In this document: piece after piece, positions 51,952 through 62,690 of the stretch | Position numbering within the stretch: position 1 is the stretch's first letter | Layout of the letters: the number at the start of each line of letters is the position of its first letter | Assembly (NCBI GenBank): GCA_002269645.1 | Contig: NIVC01001219.1 | Coordinates: forward strand, 45,253 to 109,252 | Length of the DNA: 64,000 nt | Direction: 5' to 3' | From: Macrostomum lignano | Taxonomy: Eukaryota | Position numbers and translations under genes: made by a program | Notes under the pieces: model-generated | What the model was told of the DNA's origin: nothing | What the model saw: the letters and a program-made list of their open reading frames with translations, nothing else | Databases searched by the model: none

Positions 51952-52782
51952 CTCAATCTGGTCAAAGATAGGCGCATTAACGCCAGTCTTAACCGACATC
52001 CGAGCGATGGCTTCCACTGTGAGTTCGGTAGGTATATAGGTCTCCCGCACGATGGGATCGCCGGCAGCAGCGTCATCGGCACCAACGCGAGTCGGACAGT
52101 CGCGCGCGATGTGACCGGGCTGGTTGCACTTGTAGCAAACTTCGGCTGATGCATTCGGACAATCTCTAGCTATGTGTCCGGTTTCTTTGCACCTGTAGCA
52201 GGCGCCGTCACCTCCGCCTCCACCTCTGCCGCCACCTCCTGAAGGCTGGTTGGGACAATCTCTAGCTATGTGTCCGGTTTCATTGCACCTATAGCAGGCG
52301 CCGTCACCTCCGCCTCCACCTCTGCCGCCACCTCCTGAAGGCTGGTTGGGACAATCTCTAGCTATGTGTCCGGTTTCATTGCACCTGTAGCAGGCGCCGT
52401 CACCTCCGCCTCCACCTCTGCCGCCACCTCCTGAAGGCTGGTTGGGACAATCTCTAGCTATGTGTCCGGTTTCATTGCACCTGAAGCAACCTTGTCTTCT
52501 TCCGGAACTATCTCCGCCTCCGCCACCGCCACCGCTGCCGCCAAAGCCTATAGAAGCGCCAAATCCAGTAGTAGAATTAAGCCCAGTTGGCGGGCTAGCA
52601 ACGGCTCCGTTAGACACAGTGGCGCCAGCACGGCCGCCATTGAAACCAGTGTTAATAGCGGCATTAGTCTCTATACCCAGCGCGACTGGCTGGGAAGCTG
52701 GGTGATGAGGCACAGGAGGCGACGGGATTAGCCCGTTGCTACTTGATGGGCTCGCAGATTTCCAAGCTCCACGTCCAGCCAT
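51952..52782 (-). CDS. vasa: vasa exon 1 (Gly-rich/RGG, five CCHC zinc knuckles)
   Basis: Five C-x2-C-x4-H-x4-C motifs; [16 protein letters not shown] matches the vasa GINF..YD.I region; GAG|GTTCGT donor; joined CDS 2235 nt (744 aa). Confidence 0.9.
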
Positions 52783-53109
52783 AATTTGTTTTTCAAGTTC
52801 TCAGAAAAAGCCGGGATAGCAATAAATAGCAATAAGTGCCTTGGTGGCTGGCCTACATTGGGCTGAGACTCGCACGACAAGCCCTCAGATTAATTTATCA
52901 AAAAATCAAAAAACATTTTTTAATCTCTAAAAGCTAGTCAGAAGCTTTAGTTGCTGAGAGCTAACCTACCCCTTTCCACGTATAATCGTTAATTTCAAGG
53001 ATAAATGAGTAAGAGCTTAAATACGATATAACAAAGACTATTTATTGTACAAATTTGTTAACTAGCAAATTTATCAGTCAAATAATTATGAGTCAAACAA
53101 CTATAAGAG

Positions 53110-53586
53110 CTACAGTCCCCGTCGAGGAGTTCTCTCAGACTGGTCGTCGGCGTACTCGTATGGCCTGGCGCGTTTAGTTTTCTGTGGAAACGGCCTAAAG
53201 AATGGCATCGGCTTGTGAAACACGGCCGTTAAATCATCCAGCGTGGGACCGAATCGTTCGCGATTGTCAGCGAGCCGAACTAGGCTGGGCTTCAATGGTG
53301 CAGCAGCTAAGGACTCCGACTCGGCAACGCTGCTAGACTCAGCCGGCATAGGCAGAGTGGAATCGTAGGGTTGTCGCTTACTGGGATGCCAGCATAGGAC
53401 GAATCCGCCGCAGTTGCTAACGGCAATGGCGTCTGATTGGTCCAGCTGACGCTTGGGGCTCTCGCCGCTGTTGTCAAGGGTGGCAGCGATATGGGCGGGC
53501 AGGCGGATCCCGCATTGCTGTTGCTGGTGCGCTCTACTAGTATACAGTTGAAAGCTGTTGAGAAGCGGCCTAATAATCCGCTGCAT
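53110..53586 (-). CDS. MRPL42: Mitochondrial ribosomal protein L42 (MRP-S32 family), intronless, 158 aa
   Basis: IAVSNCGGFVLCWHPSKRQPYDSTLPMP...GPTLDDLTAVFHKPMPFFRP resembles, from memory, MRPL42 (ALTSDGRTIVCYHPS..PYEHTKPIP..GP..EQLSKMF); Arg-rich N-terminus; ATG follows a strong acceptor at 53605; AATAAA at 53046-53041. Confidence 0.8.
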   Translation of the reverse strand: MQRIIRPLLNSFQLYTSRAHQQQQCGIRLPAHIAATLDNSGESPKRQLDQSDAIAVSNCGGFVLCWHPSKRQPYDSTLPMPAESSSVAESESLAAAPLKPSLVRLADNRERFGPTLDDLTAVFHKPMPFFRPFPQKTKRARPYEYADDQSERTPRRGL

Positions 53587-53799
53587 TGTCAGAGTCTGCG
53601 GCGGCTGCGGAAATAAGAGAGAGAGAGAGAGAGAGATTGCAAGCTTGGATAATGAGCCAACGTGTAAAACACATAGCCTACTAATGAGTAGTAAGAACAA
53701 AATGTGAAGCAAATATTCTATGTACACTGTAGCTAAATTTAACTATGAAAAAGTGAGTTCTACGGGTCTTAGCTCGTAAAATACGAAATCGATAATAAT

Positions 53800-54040
53800 A
53801 CTCCCAGGGCTGTCGGCACCCTGGTGCAACGCCTTTGGCGACATCGTCTTACAACCAGCGCTAATCAATTCTGCCCATTCCGCAGACTTCTGAGCACACA
53901 CAAGCGCACCAATACTGTATGCAAGCACGCACTCGTACACAACGCTCACACAGAGTGTACAGCGGCCCTTGTGACTGTCTAATCGTCAGGCATGTACACT
54001 CTCTGTGCCTTGAGGTTTGGCTTTCATAGCTGTGAATCTC
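53800..54040 (-). mobile_element. SINE family B copy (partial)
   Basis: AGTGTACATGCCT..GGGCCGCTGTACACT..GGAATGGGCAG is shared with 31930-32085. Confidence 0.75.
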
Positions 54041-54312
54041 ACCACACAATCCCTAAATAGATGAGGCAAGACAGGGGGCCCGTGGCGCTAGAGACGCTTT
54101 TAACGCTGAGCACTTTCTCATTTAGAAGCTCTTAATCAGTGAATTAACTTCTTACTTAGTGCTAGTCAGGGCTCAAGGTTTGTCTTCTGTCAGCTCTCTT
54201 CTCTCTAATAATCTATTCTATCCTCTTCTTCTCTCCCCCTGTTTAAATAGTTTTTATTAAAGCGTCACAATCGCAGTGCCATTAGTCATCCTTAATCCAA
54301 ATTCAGGATGCC

Positions 54313-55180
54313 AAATTAAAGGCCGAGATCCCAGCTGGCATCAGTCAAAGATGTCCAAATCCCAAAGTAAAAGTAGAGATCCCAGCTGGCATTAGTCAAA
54401 GAGTTCCAAATCCCAAAGTAAAAGTAGAGATCCCAGCTGGCATCAGTCAAAGATGTCCTAATCCCAAATTAAAAGCCGAGATCCCAGCTGGCATCAGTCA
54501 AAGATGTCCAAATCCCAAATTAAAAGCCGAGATCCCAGCTGGCATCAGTCAAAGAGTTCCAAATCCCAAAGTAAAAGCCGAGATCCCAGCTGGCATCAGT
54601 CAAAGAGTTCCAAATCCCAAAGTAAAAGTAGAGATCCCAGCTGGTATCAGTCAAAGATGTCCAAATCTTAAATTAAAAGCCGAGATCCCAGCTGGTATCA
54701 GTCAAAGATGTCCAAATCTTAAATTAAAAGCCGAGATCCCAGCTGGCATCAGTCAAAGAGTTCCAAATCCCAAAGTAAAAGCCGAGATCCCAGCTGGCAT
54801 CAGTCAAAGAGTTCCAAATCCCAAAGTAAAAGTAGAGATCCCAGCTGGCATCAGTCAAAGATGTCCAAATCCCAAATTAAAAGCCGAGATCCCAGCTGGT
54901 ATCAGTCAAAGATGTCCAAATCTTAAATTAAAAGCCGAGATCCCAGCTGGCATCAGTCAAAGATGTCCAAATCCCAAATTAAAAGCCGAGATCCCAGCTG
55001 GCATCAGTCAAAGATGTCCAAATCCCAAATTAAAAGCCGAGATCCCAGCTGGCATCAGTCAAAGATGTCCAAATCCCAAATTAAAAGCCGAGATCCCAGC
55101 TGGCATCAGTCAAAGATGTCCAAATCCCAAATTAAAAGCCGAGATCCCAGCTGGCATCAGACAAAGATTTCCAAATCAAA
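54313..55180. repeat. 51-bp minisatellite GAGATCCCAGCTGGCATCAGTCAAAGATGTCCAAATCCCAAATTAAAAGCC
   Basis: Direct; 17-aa periodicity. Confidence 0.96.
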
Positions 55181-56325
55181 TTTAAAATACCAGCAACTCT
55201 GCCCTACTCTTTACATTACTGGAACTTTTTGACTCACAGAAGTTGCAGAAGTCTGCAGACTCCATGTTTCCAGATTTACTCAAACCTAACAATTGATAGA
55301 AGTATTAAAGTTCAGAGAATTAATAAAATAATTGATACTTATAATGAAATAAAAAATACACAACTTAACTAGTATTTAGCTTGGAAAAAAAACAGGGTGC
55401 TTGACACAAGCGTATAAATATATACCAATGTATAGTCCTAGGATTTGAATTATAATTAATATTTTCTGTCTATAATTGTAATAATAGGGGTAAAACAAAG
55501 GAACACGGCTTACGAGCTACTCTATCTGTTTGATACAGTCTCAAATTATCTTTTTGTTCTCAAGTAAATATAAAATAACCATTATATTCATAGCAAAATA
55601 ATCAAGAGAATTGAATGCGTTACAACATTTCTATCCAGTTTATTTATTAACTTATAAACTTTACCAAACTAAAATAAAACGGAAAGCAATTCAAAAGCAA
55701 CTTAGAATAGTAGTCAGTAGTGTTAGCAGTAGTAGGCACCCAAATAAGACAAGAAATCATGCAATTTTATTATATTATAAACGTAATAAAAATTGAAAAT
55801 GGCGCAATATAGTTCAAAAAAACTATCTGGCTTACCTTGAATGAGGCATGGAATTTAACTGTGAGCTGTCTCGCTAATACCATCAGAATAATTTTATATA
55901 CTATACAGTTTAATAATGTTTGCATTATCTAAATTTATCTTAAAAATTATTATGCAAGAAAACAAAGCGCAGGCAATAATGGCTAAGTATAAAAACTATT
56001 TATTGGTAAATTTGTGAAAAAAACTACGGTTTAAAAAATCTATTGACGAATGTTTGACTGGCAGTTTTTGTAATCGATTTGTAAAGATAGTGAACTACAA
56101 AAATAATCAGTAGAATTATATAAAGTTACAAAAAATGGATTTGTCCGTGCAGAAAAACCCTAACGACAAGCACGAATATGTACAGTACACGAATGTAATA
56201 GTGCTGAGATTCCCGTTGGCTTAGATCAGTGATTGGCAAACATGAAGGCCTACAACGACACTCGGAGTCTTTCGAGACTTCACAATAGCAATCCATTCTG
56301 CTCAAGGTTTGTGTTGTCTCTTCTC

Positions 56326-56372
<47 letters not shown>

Positions 56373-56702
56373 CTCTTTTTTTCACTCTCACTTTTTCATC
56401 TCTCATCCATCCATTCCCTCTCTTCTATACCTGTTTTCCTCTCTCAGTTGGCCTGCAGCCGTGAGCTAGATTCTTATCCAGCCCTCGAGGTACAAAAGTT
56501 TGCCAACACCTGACTTAGACGAGCCAGGTGCCATAGTCTTGTTATGACTTATGAAGACTAGTGCTTACAATAATCTACTTCTATTATTCAGACTGACTGG
56601 GTTCTCAAATGTTAAACCTGCTCACACTAAGACAACGGGATTAGAATCTGCTAATCTGCACACACGCAACAGTATATAATATTAATACACAGTAAATATA
56701 GA

Positions 56703-57260
56703 TCAAAAACCGAACATTTCCTGGCTAGCGTAAGTCATATACAAGAAGCCATCTTCGTCTCTGTCGCAGTCGTACACCTGGCCTAGGGTGGCTGACATAG
56801 CAACTAGGCATTTATTATTCACTAACAGGTAGAACGCCTGATTTTGATCGATACGAATGCGCTGCCTAATTATAGCAGCAAATTGGCCAACGGTGAGCTC
56901 TTCTGGCACGAGAAACTTAGCCTTGTCCAAGCTAGCTAGCGAGCGCTCGCGCGGATACCGTTCAACAATAACTGGCACCTTGGCTGGGAAGCGGCATTTA
57001 ATATGCGCCGATTCAGCCTGGCGCTGGCCTAGGGTCTTCTTAGCCTTGAACCGGGCAGGCTGCTGGCCCTGCTGGCTACTGGGGCTGGAGGACTGCGCCA
57101 GGGCGACTCGTAGCGAACTGGCATGAAGAGTAGAGAACAGACCAGATTTATTCAGCGCAATCTTATGAATTACTACTTTGGATTGAAATTGATTCTTATG
57201 CAGAGAAAAACTCAATTTCAAACTGGATTTCGTCAGTAGTCTCTGCAGTGCATGCATCAT
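56703..57260 (-). CDS. MAP1LC3: ATG8-family protein, LC3 (LC3C-like) subfamily; 5' end uncertain
   Basis: KVPVIVERYPRE..LDKAKFLVPEELT..FYLLVNNK..MTYASQEMFG+F*; a possible phase-2 acceptor at 57118 means the true start may lie in an unfound upstream exon. Confidence 0.9.
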   Translation of the reverse strand: MMHALQRLLTKSSLKLSFSLHKNQFQSKVVIHKIALNKSGLFSTLHASSLRVALAQSSSPSSQQGQQPARFKAKKTLGQRQAESAHIKCRFPAKVPVIVERYPRERSLASLDKAKFLVPEELTVGQFAAIIRQRIRIDQNQAFYLLVNNKCLVAMSATLGQVYDCDRDEDGFLYMTYASQEMFGF

Positions 57261-59096
57261 TTTTAGTTTGATTGTGTGATTACATGTAGCTTTTTTTAAT
57301 TCATAAGAAGTTTATCAAATTCTAAAAAATAGCGTCTATGTCCCTAAATCCATTATACTAAACGTGAGTAGTATAAACTACTGAGCTCAAAACTTAAGCA
57401 ACCCATGTCGGCTTTTTCTATTGCCACAATACAAAGTGGCCTATCTAGGGGATAAATGAGATCTATAGTTGAGACTCAGCTATCTGCTGCATGCAGACAC
57501 AGACAGCTTGAGATTTTGAATTTTGAAACCTAAATTCATTTAGTTTTAAATACCTCAGTTATTACAATCCTAATTGTCAGCATATTAAGTTTGCCAATAA
57601 CGTGAAAGAAGTTAGTATTCTGTTAAAAAATTCATGACTAGCATTTTAACATTCCAGTGAGAATGAAACTATTCAAGTATAAAAACTACCATACTGTGTA
57701 CAAATATATTAGTTTGAGTAGACTCCAGGTACCTAAATCCTTTTGCATTGCAGCTTTGTATCAGCAACTATGACAAGTCGAAAAGGAAGCTTATTATAGT
57801 TTTTTCATTGCAAGACTTTCTTCTGCAAAGCTGTGCAAAGCTCAAAATCTTTGTTATTGAAGGCATGCAAATTCGGAAATCCGATAGATTTGACACCAAT
57901 ACAGATCTGTGTTTGCCAGAGCCTAGTAAGGCCAATACTGAGCTCTTTTTCCTGGAACCCAGACAATTAATAATTGATCAAGCATTTTCTGGCATAGCTA
58001 TGACACATGACAAAGTGGCTATATCTGGTGCAGCATTATGCCTAGTAATGCCAATAAAAGACCATGGTTAACAGTTAATACATTGCCAAAAGTAGATCTT
58101 TTTGGAGATGTGAAATGTGTTCCTGAGAGTCAAACTTATTGAATTAGGCTAAATGAAAACTTCTACATAATGGAAATTGAATATTATTAAACAACATGAA
58201 AAGCCTCTTTTACTGACCAAGTCTTGCATTGCCAAGAGAAAACTGTTAGAGAGAAGGTTGAATTGTACAAGCCACTATCACTGTCAAATGTTCTATTTCA
58301 AGAGTCCTTTCTAATGATTCAGCTATATAGCTCTAGATACAAGGCAGCTTATATGCTTCCTTAAGTACCAAAGGATACCAAACAAAATGTACTCAAATGT
58401 ACTCAAATGTACTCAAACATATGTGGCAAAGGCAAGATACAAAGAGGTATTACATGTATTACAAGCTGTTAGCAAACAATGAATGTGATGACAATGATTC
58501 CATTCTAATGAACAGCCTTTTGCCTACTTCTTGGTTGATTAAGTGTTGACTCTACAAAACTTTTGAATACTAAGCTGCCTATTCATAGTCTAAAGGAAGG
58601 TAAAAGTCGGCATATCATTTTAGTAAATGGTATAGAATTTCATTAGAATTGTACTAAGAATACTGTGGTAGTGAGGCTACTACTACATTATTAAACATAA
58701 TTAATAAACTTATAACTAATAACATAACTAATAAACTTAAACACAAAACATAAAATTATTAAACATTGAATAAACTAGGACCTATCTTTGATTTATCTAT
58801 CAAAAAGTTGCTTTGTCCTTTAGTAGCTAGGTTTTTTGTTTGTTATTACTAAGATTCAAAATCATATTCAAAGTCTAATTTTAAGATGTAATTTAGAAAG
58901 TCAAAATATTATACTCCTATTATATAAAAAAACCTAACTAAGATAAAAAATTGCATTTAAAATCTAATTTGAAAATGCAATCTTGAAAATCAGGATGTTA
59001 TAATATTTTTATCACAAAAAATAAACTTAGCCTAGTAGGCCTAATTAGTATATAAAAATATACTAGACAAAACCATTGCACACTATTGCATTCTAT

Positions 59097-59463
59097 TAGG
59101 GGTCCTTAACCTGCAACCTGCGAGCCCTTTTTGTGCAGCCTGCAGCAACTTCTAGTAGTTTGCATTATGTGTAGCCTGCTAAGTCTATTATTAGATTCTA
59201 TTGTGCAGCCTTTGAAAATATGAGTATATGCAACTCCCAAATCATTTAGATTGCTATTTTAGCCACTCCTAGCACATAAATATATAGATAGTCAAGAGTA
59301 GGAAGGAATGCCTGCTAATATCAATAAGGTTCAAGGCAAATGATGTAGGGGTTGGAGGTTAAAAGGGTTAAGGGGGGAGAGGGAAGCACGCAGCTTATAG
59401 ATCCTAAGCCAATTGTCAATGTGTCAATGTAGCCTGCCACCTATAAAAGGTTGGAGACCCATG
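59097..59463. mobile_element. Degenerate hAT (Charlie-like) MITE
   Basis: TAGGGGTCCTTAACCT ... AGGTTGGAGACCCATG; flanks CATTCTAT and CATTAGAT match at 6/8. Confidence 0.6.
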
Positions 59464-59760
59464 CATTAGATGATAGTATAGGGTGGCCTACAAAATGCAC
59501 CTGATTTAAAACAATAACTTTTGTCATTTGCAACCAATGTAAACAAAATTCTAAAACAATATTGCAACAAGTATAGCATTATATTTGTAAAATTTATATA
59601 CTTTACCACTCACACTCATATACACAAAGCATAGTGAATGCAGTGCATGCCTTGAACTTGTTTTTTTTAACATTCAACTTTAGACTTCCTCTTGTATATA
59701 TATATATACAAGAGTACAAGAGTATACAAATATATAATACATATATTATATATGTATAAT

Positions 59761-60647
59761 CAGTGTTGGGCACCAGTCCGTTAATAAGTGTTAATCCGTT
59801 AATAAGCGTCAATAAGCGTTAAGTTAAGATTTTTCATTAACGTTAACGGACTATTGTTAAGATTTTTTTGAACTAACGGATTAACAAATTTGCATTAAAA
59901 ATTTTGTGAATTAATGATAAATTCATCGTTAACGTAGTGTCTATGTCAATGACCAAAGACGCAAAGAAAGAACGAAAAATAGAAGTCTTACAAGAAGTTT
60001 AAACATTACGAACGTATTTGAGCTTACCTATATGCCTAAATATAATCTCTTTATTTATGACGATGATCATACAGACATACATGTAATTAACAACTTCTTA
60101 CAAATAAACTTTAAAATAATGAATTAAAATAGTGTGAAACTTTATTTCTTGCGCGTGAGCATCGATTGCTTTGATTCACTTCTGTCCCAATCTTTCGCAA
60201 CTTTCTGCTGCGCCTGCTAATGGTACTGAAACAACCTTCCTATGCGTATTTAATTATGAATTTCTCGTCATTAGCTTTTAAGTTTCAAAACAAAATAAGT
60301 TACTTTTTTTACCATATGCTTTACTTTTAGTAGTATTATGCATGCAAGTTTTTAAAATGATTATTTATTACTTTTTTAGCTTTCAAATAGCTTAGATGAC
60401 CTCTGTGTTTCGCTAAAAAGATGGAATAGCAAAGATGTGCATTACGAAGTCTGTTTTGGAAAAAACGTGCAAGATTTCCGTATTTTCTATGTTAACATTA
60501 ATGGATTAACGCTTATTAACGATTATCAGTTAACTTTCAGTTAACTTAACGAAATTAGGAGCTAAAAAGTTAAGATTTTTTTGTTTTAATGCTAACGCTT
60601 TTGCTATTAATGGAAGTTAAGATTTTCATTAACGGTGCCCAACACTG
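59761..60647. mobile_element. Non-autonomous TIR element, 887 bp, 14-bp perfect TIR CAGTGTTGGGCACC, apparent 6-bp TSD TATAAT
   Basis: TIRs read directly; GTTAA/TTAAC subterminal motifs at both ends. Confidence 0.85.
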
Positions 60648-61734
60648 TATAATATATGGAATATATATAATAATATCTATAATGATAATATGGAATATAT
60701 ATAATATAATATATAATAATATATAATATATAGAATATATATGGAATATATATGAGTGCTTGCTTATGTGCATAAATTTCTCAAATATAATAATATAATA
60801 TTTGGTACATATAGCCAAAAAATGTTAGTTATTCCTGTTATTTATCCAAAATTACATTGTTTTTGCTTAGGTTTCTTTTATAGATAAGTTGCATTTTTGG
60901 TTAAAAAGTAAGTTGCATAAATTATAGAAGCAGATATGGATGTTAATCTAAATTATATTAATGGCTATCAGACAAGCTCACAAGCAATGATTTATGACCC
61001 TAAAAGTTGCGATAACCATGCCTATTTTATTATGACCACAAGTATGGCAAAATCATGTAGCTATGAAAATCCTACCAATATAAACATATGCCCAACACCT
61101 GTCCAACCCATCCAAACCAGACGGGTAAAATGGCTGCAGGCCAAGGTAAGTTGCAAAATTGAAAATGAAAAAAATGAAAAATTGGGAGAAAAAAAGAAGA
61201 AAAAAGGAAAAAAAGAGGGAGAAGAAGGAATTAGGAAAGGGAAAAGAAAAAAGAGAAAGAGAAGAAAAGATAAAAAAGGCAAAAAAGTCATATACAAAGG
61301 GAAAACGAAGTTGCAATTAGGAGAAGCTAAGTTGCAATCGGGAGGAACTAAGTTGCAAATCTAGACAAAACTAAGTTGCATTGGATAGGTGAATTTTTGA
61401 GGCTAGGCTAGAAATAAAAAGGAGAAAAATGCCCATATCCTACTGTTAGTAGGCTAACAAGTTTAGAATCAATCTTTTTTATTTGGAAATTATACTAGGC
61501 CCCTACTAGTAGGATTTTTGTTACAATTAAAAAAAAACTTAATAATGTTATGCATCTTAGTAAGGCATACCTATAACCCTCAAACATTTTAAGCTTAAGT
61601 TTTATTGTACATGAGGAAATGCACTTTTGTAAAGATATAATCTTAAGACAAACATTTCAACTAGAGCTTGTTTGTTTTTTCCATAGTGAATCTATACAAA
61701 AATATATATATAAGGTCTCTTTGTAACCAGGTTA

Positions 61735-62690
61735 TGCTTGTTATTTGAGGTTGCTTGCGGTCTGGGGGATGCTTGCTATCTGGGAGATGCTTGCTATCTA
61801 GGGGGAAACTCGGCAGAAGCACCTCTACACCTTGAATCGAGTCAGGAGCAGTTCACCAAGCAAGAACAAGTAGGCGCCGCCGGCAGAGTGACAGACTGGC
61901 GTAGACGCCCACCCGCGGTTATAGTCCTACCTGAAGATGCGCACGTGCAAGATGCCTCCTTCGACATTTGAAATGCAGCTGCAGTAGCTACTGCCATGCA
62001 TGAAATGGGCTTGCCGGTCTGCAGGCTTATCACTGAAGGTGACCTAGATGTGGCACGCGCTTGTATCAATCTTGGCCTCTCACAGTGGTGGACATCACAG
62101 TGCAGGGCGCAGTCAGAAAGCTGTACAGGCTTGGCTACCACTGCGGCTACGACATCTGAGCCAGTGGGGGTGCAGTTTTGTGTGTATGCATTTGTACAGT
62201 TGCGCTGTTTTCCCCTTTTCTCTCCCCCTGTTTTTTCAGCCACTATAATATTGGTACATTTATCCTCCCCTTGTTTTAAGGTGCTACCAGTGCTGTTTGC
62301 ATTTTGTTCATCCCAAGCTTGCTATCTAGGGGTGCTTGCTATCTAGGGGATGCTTGCTATCTGGGGGATGCTTGCTATCTGGGGGATGCTTGCTATCTAG
62401 GGAATGTTTGCTATCTGGGGATGCTTGCTATCTGGGGATGCTTGCTATCTGGGGTCTGGAGGATGCTTGCTATCTGGGGTCTAGAGGATACTTGCTAGCT
62501 GGGGTATGCTTGCTATTTGGGGTTGCTTGCTATCTGGGGGATGCTTGCAGTCTGGGATGCTTGCTATTTGGGGATCTTAATTGCAAGGCTGTCTTAGAGG
62601 GGACACAGCGGGAAGGCGCAGGCGCCCATTCTGCTAGGCTATTTGGGGATCAATGTTTGAATGCTGTCTGGGGATGCTTGCTGTCTTGGG
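61735..62690. repeat. 18-bp satellite GGGGGATGCTTGCTATCT in two blocks (61735-61805, 62315-62690) around a unique insert
   Basis: Direct. Confidence 0.88.

Noticed and set aside
53587-53727. Upstream 47 aa of the 205-aa ORF
   Set aside because: Covers the (CT)n tract and acceptor; the second Met (53586) fits a mitochondrial presequence start
60936-61364. 142-aa Lys-rich ORF
   Set aside because: A-rich low complexity plus AAGTTGCA repeats, no domain or splice support
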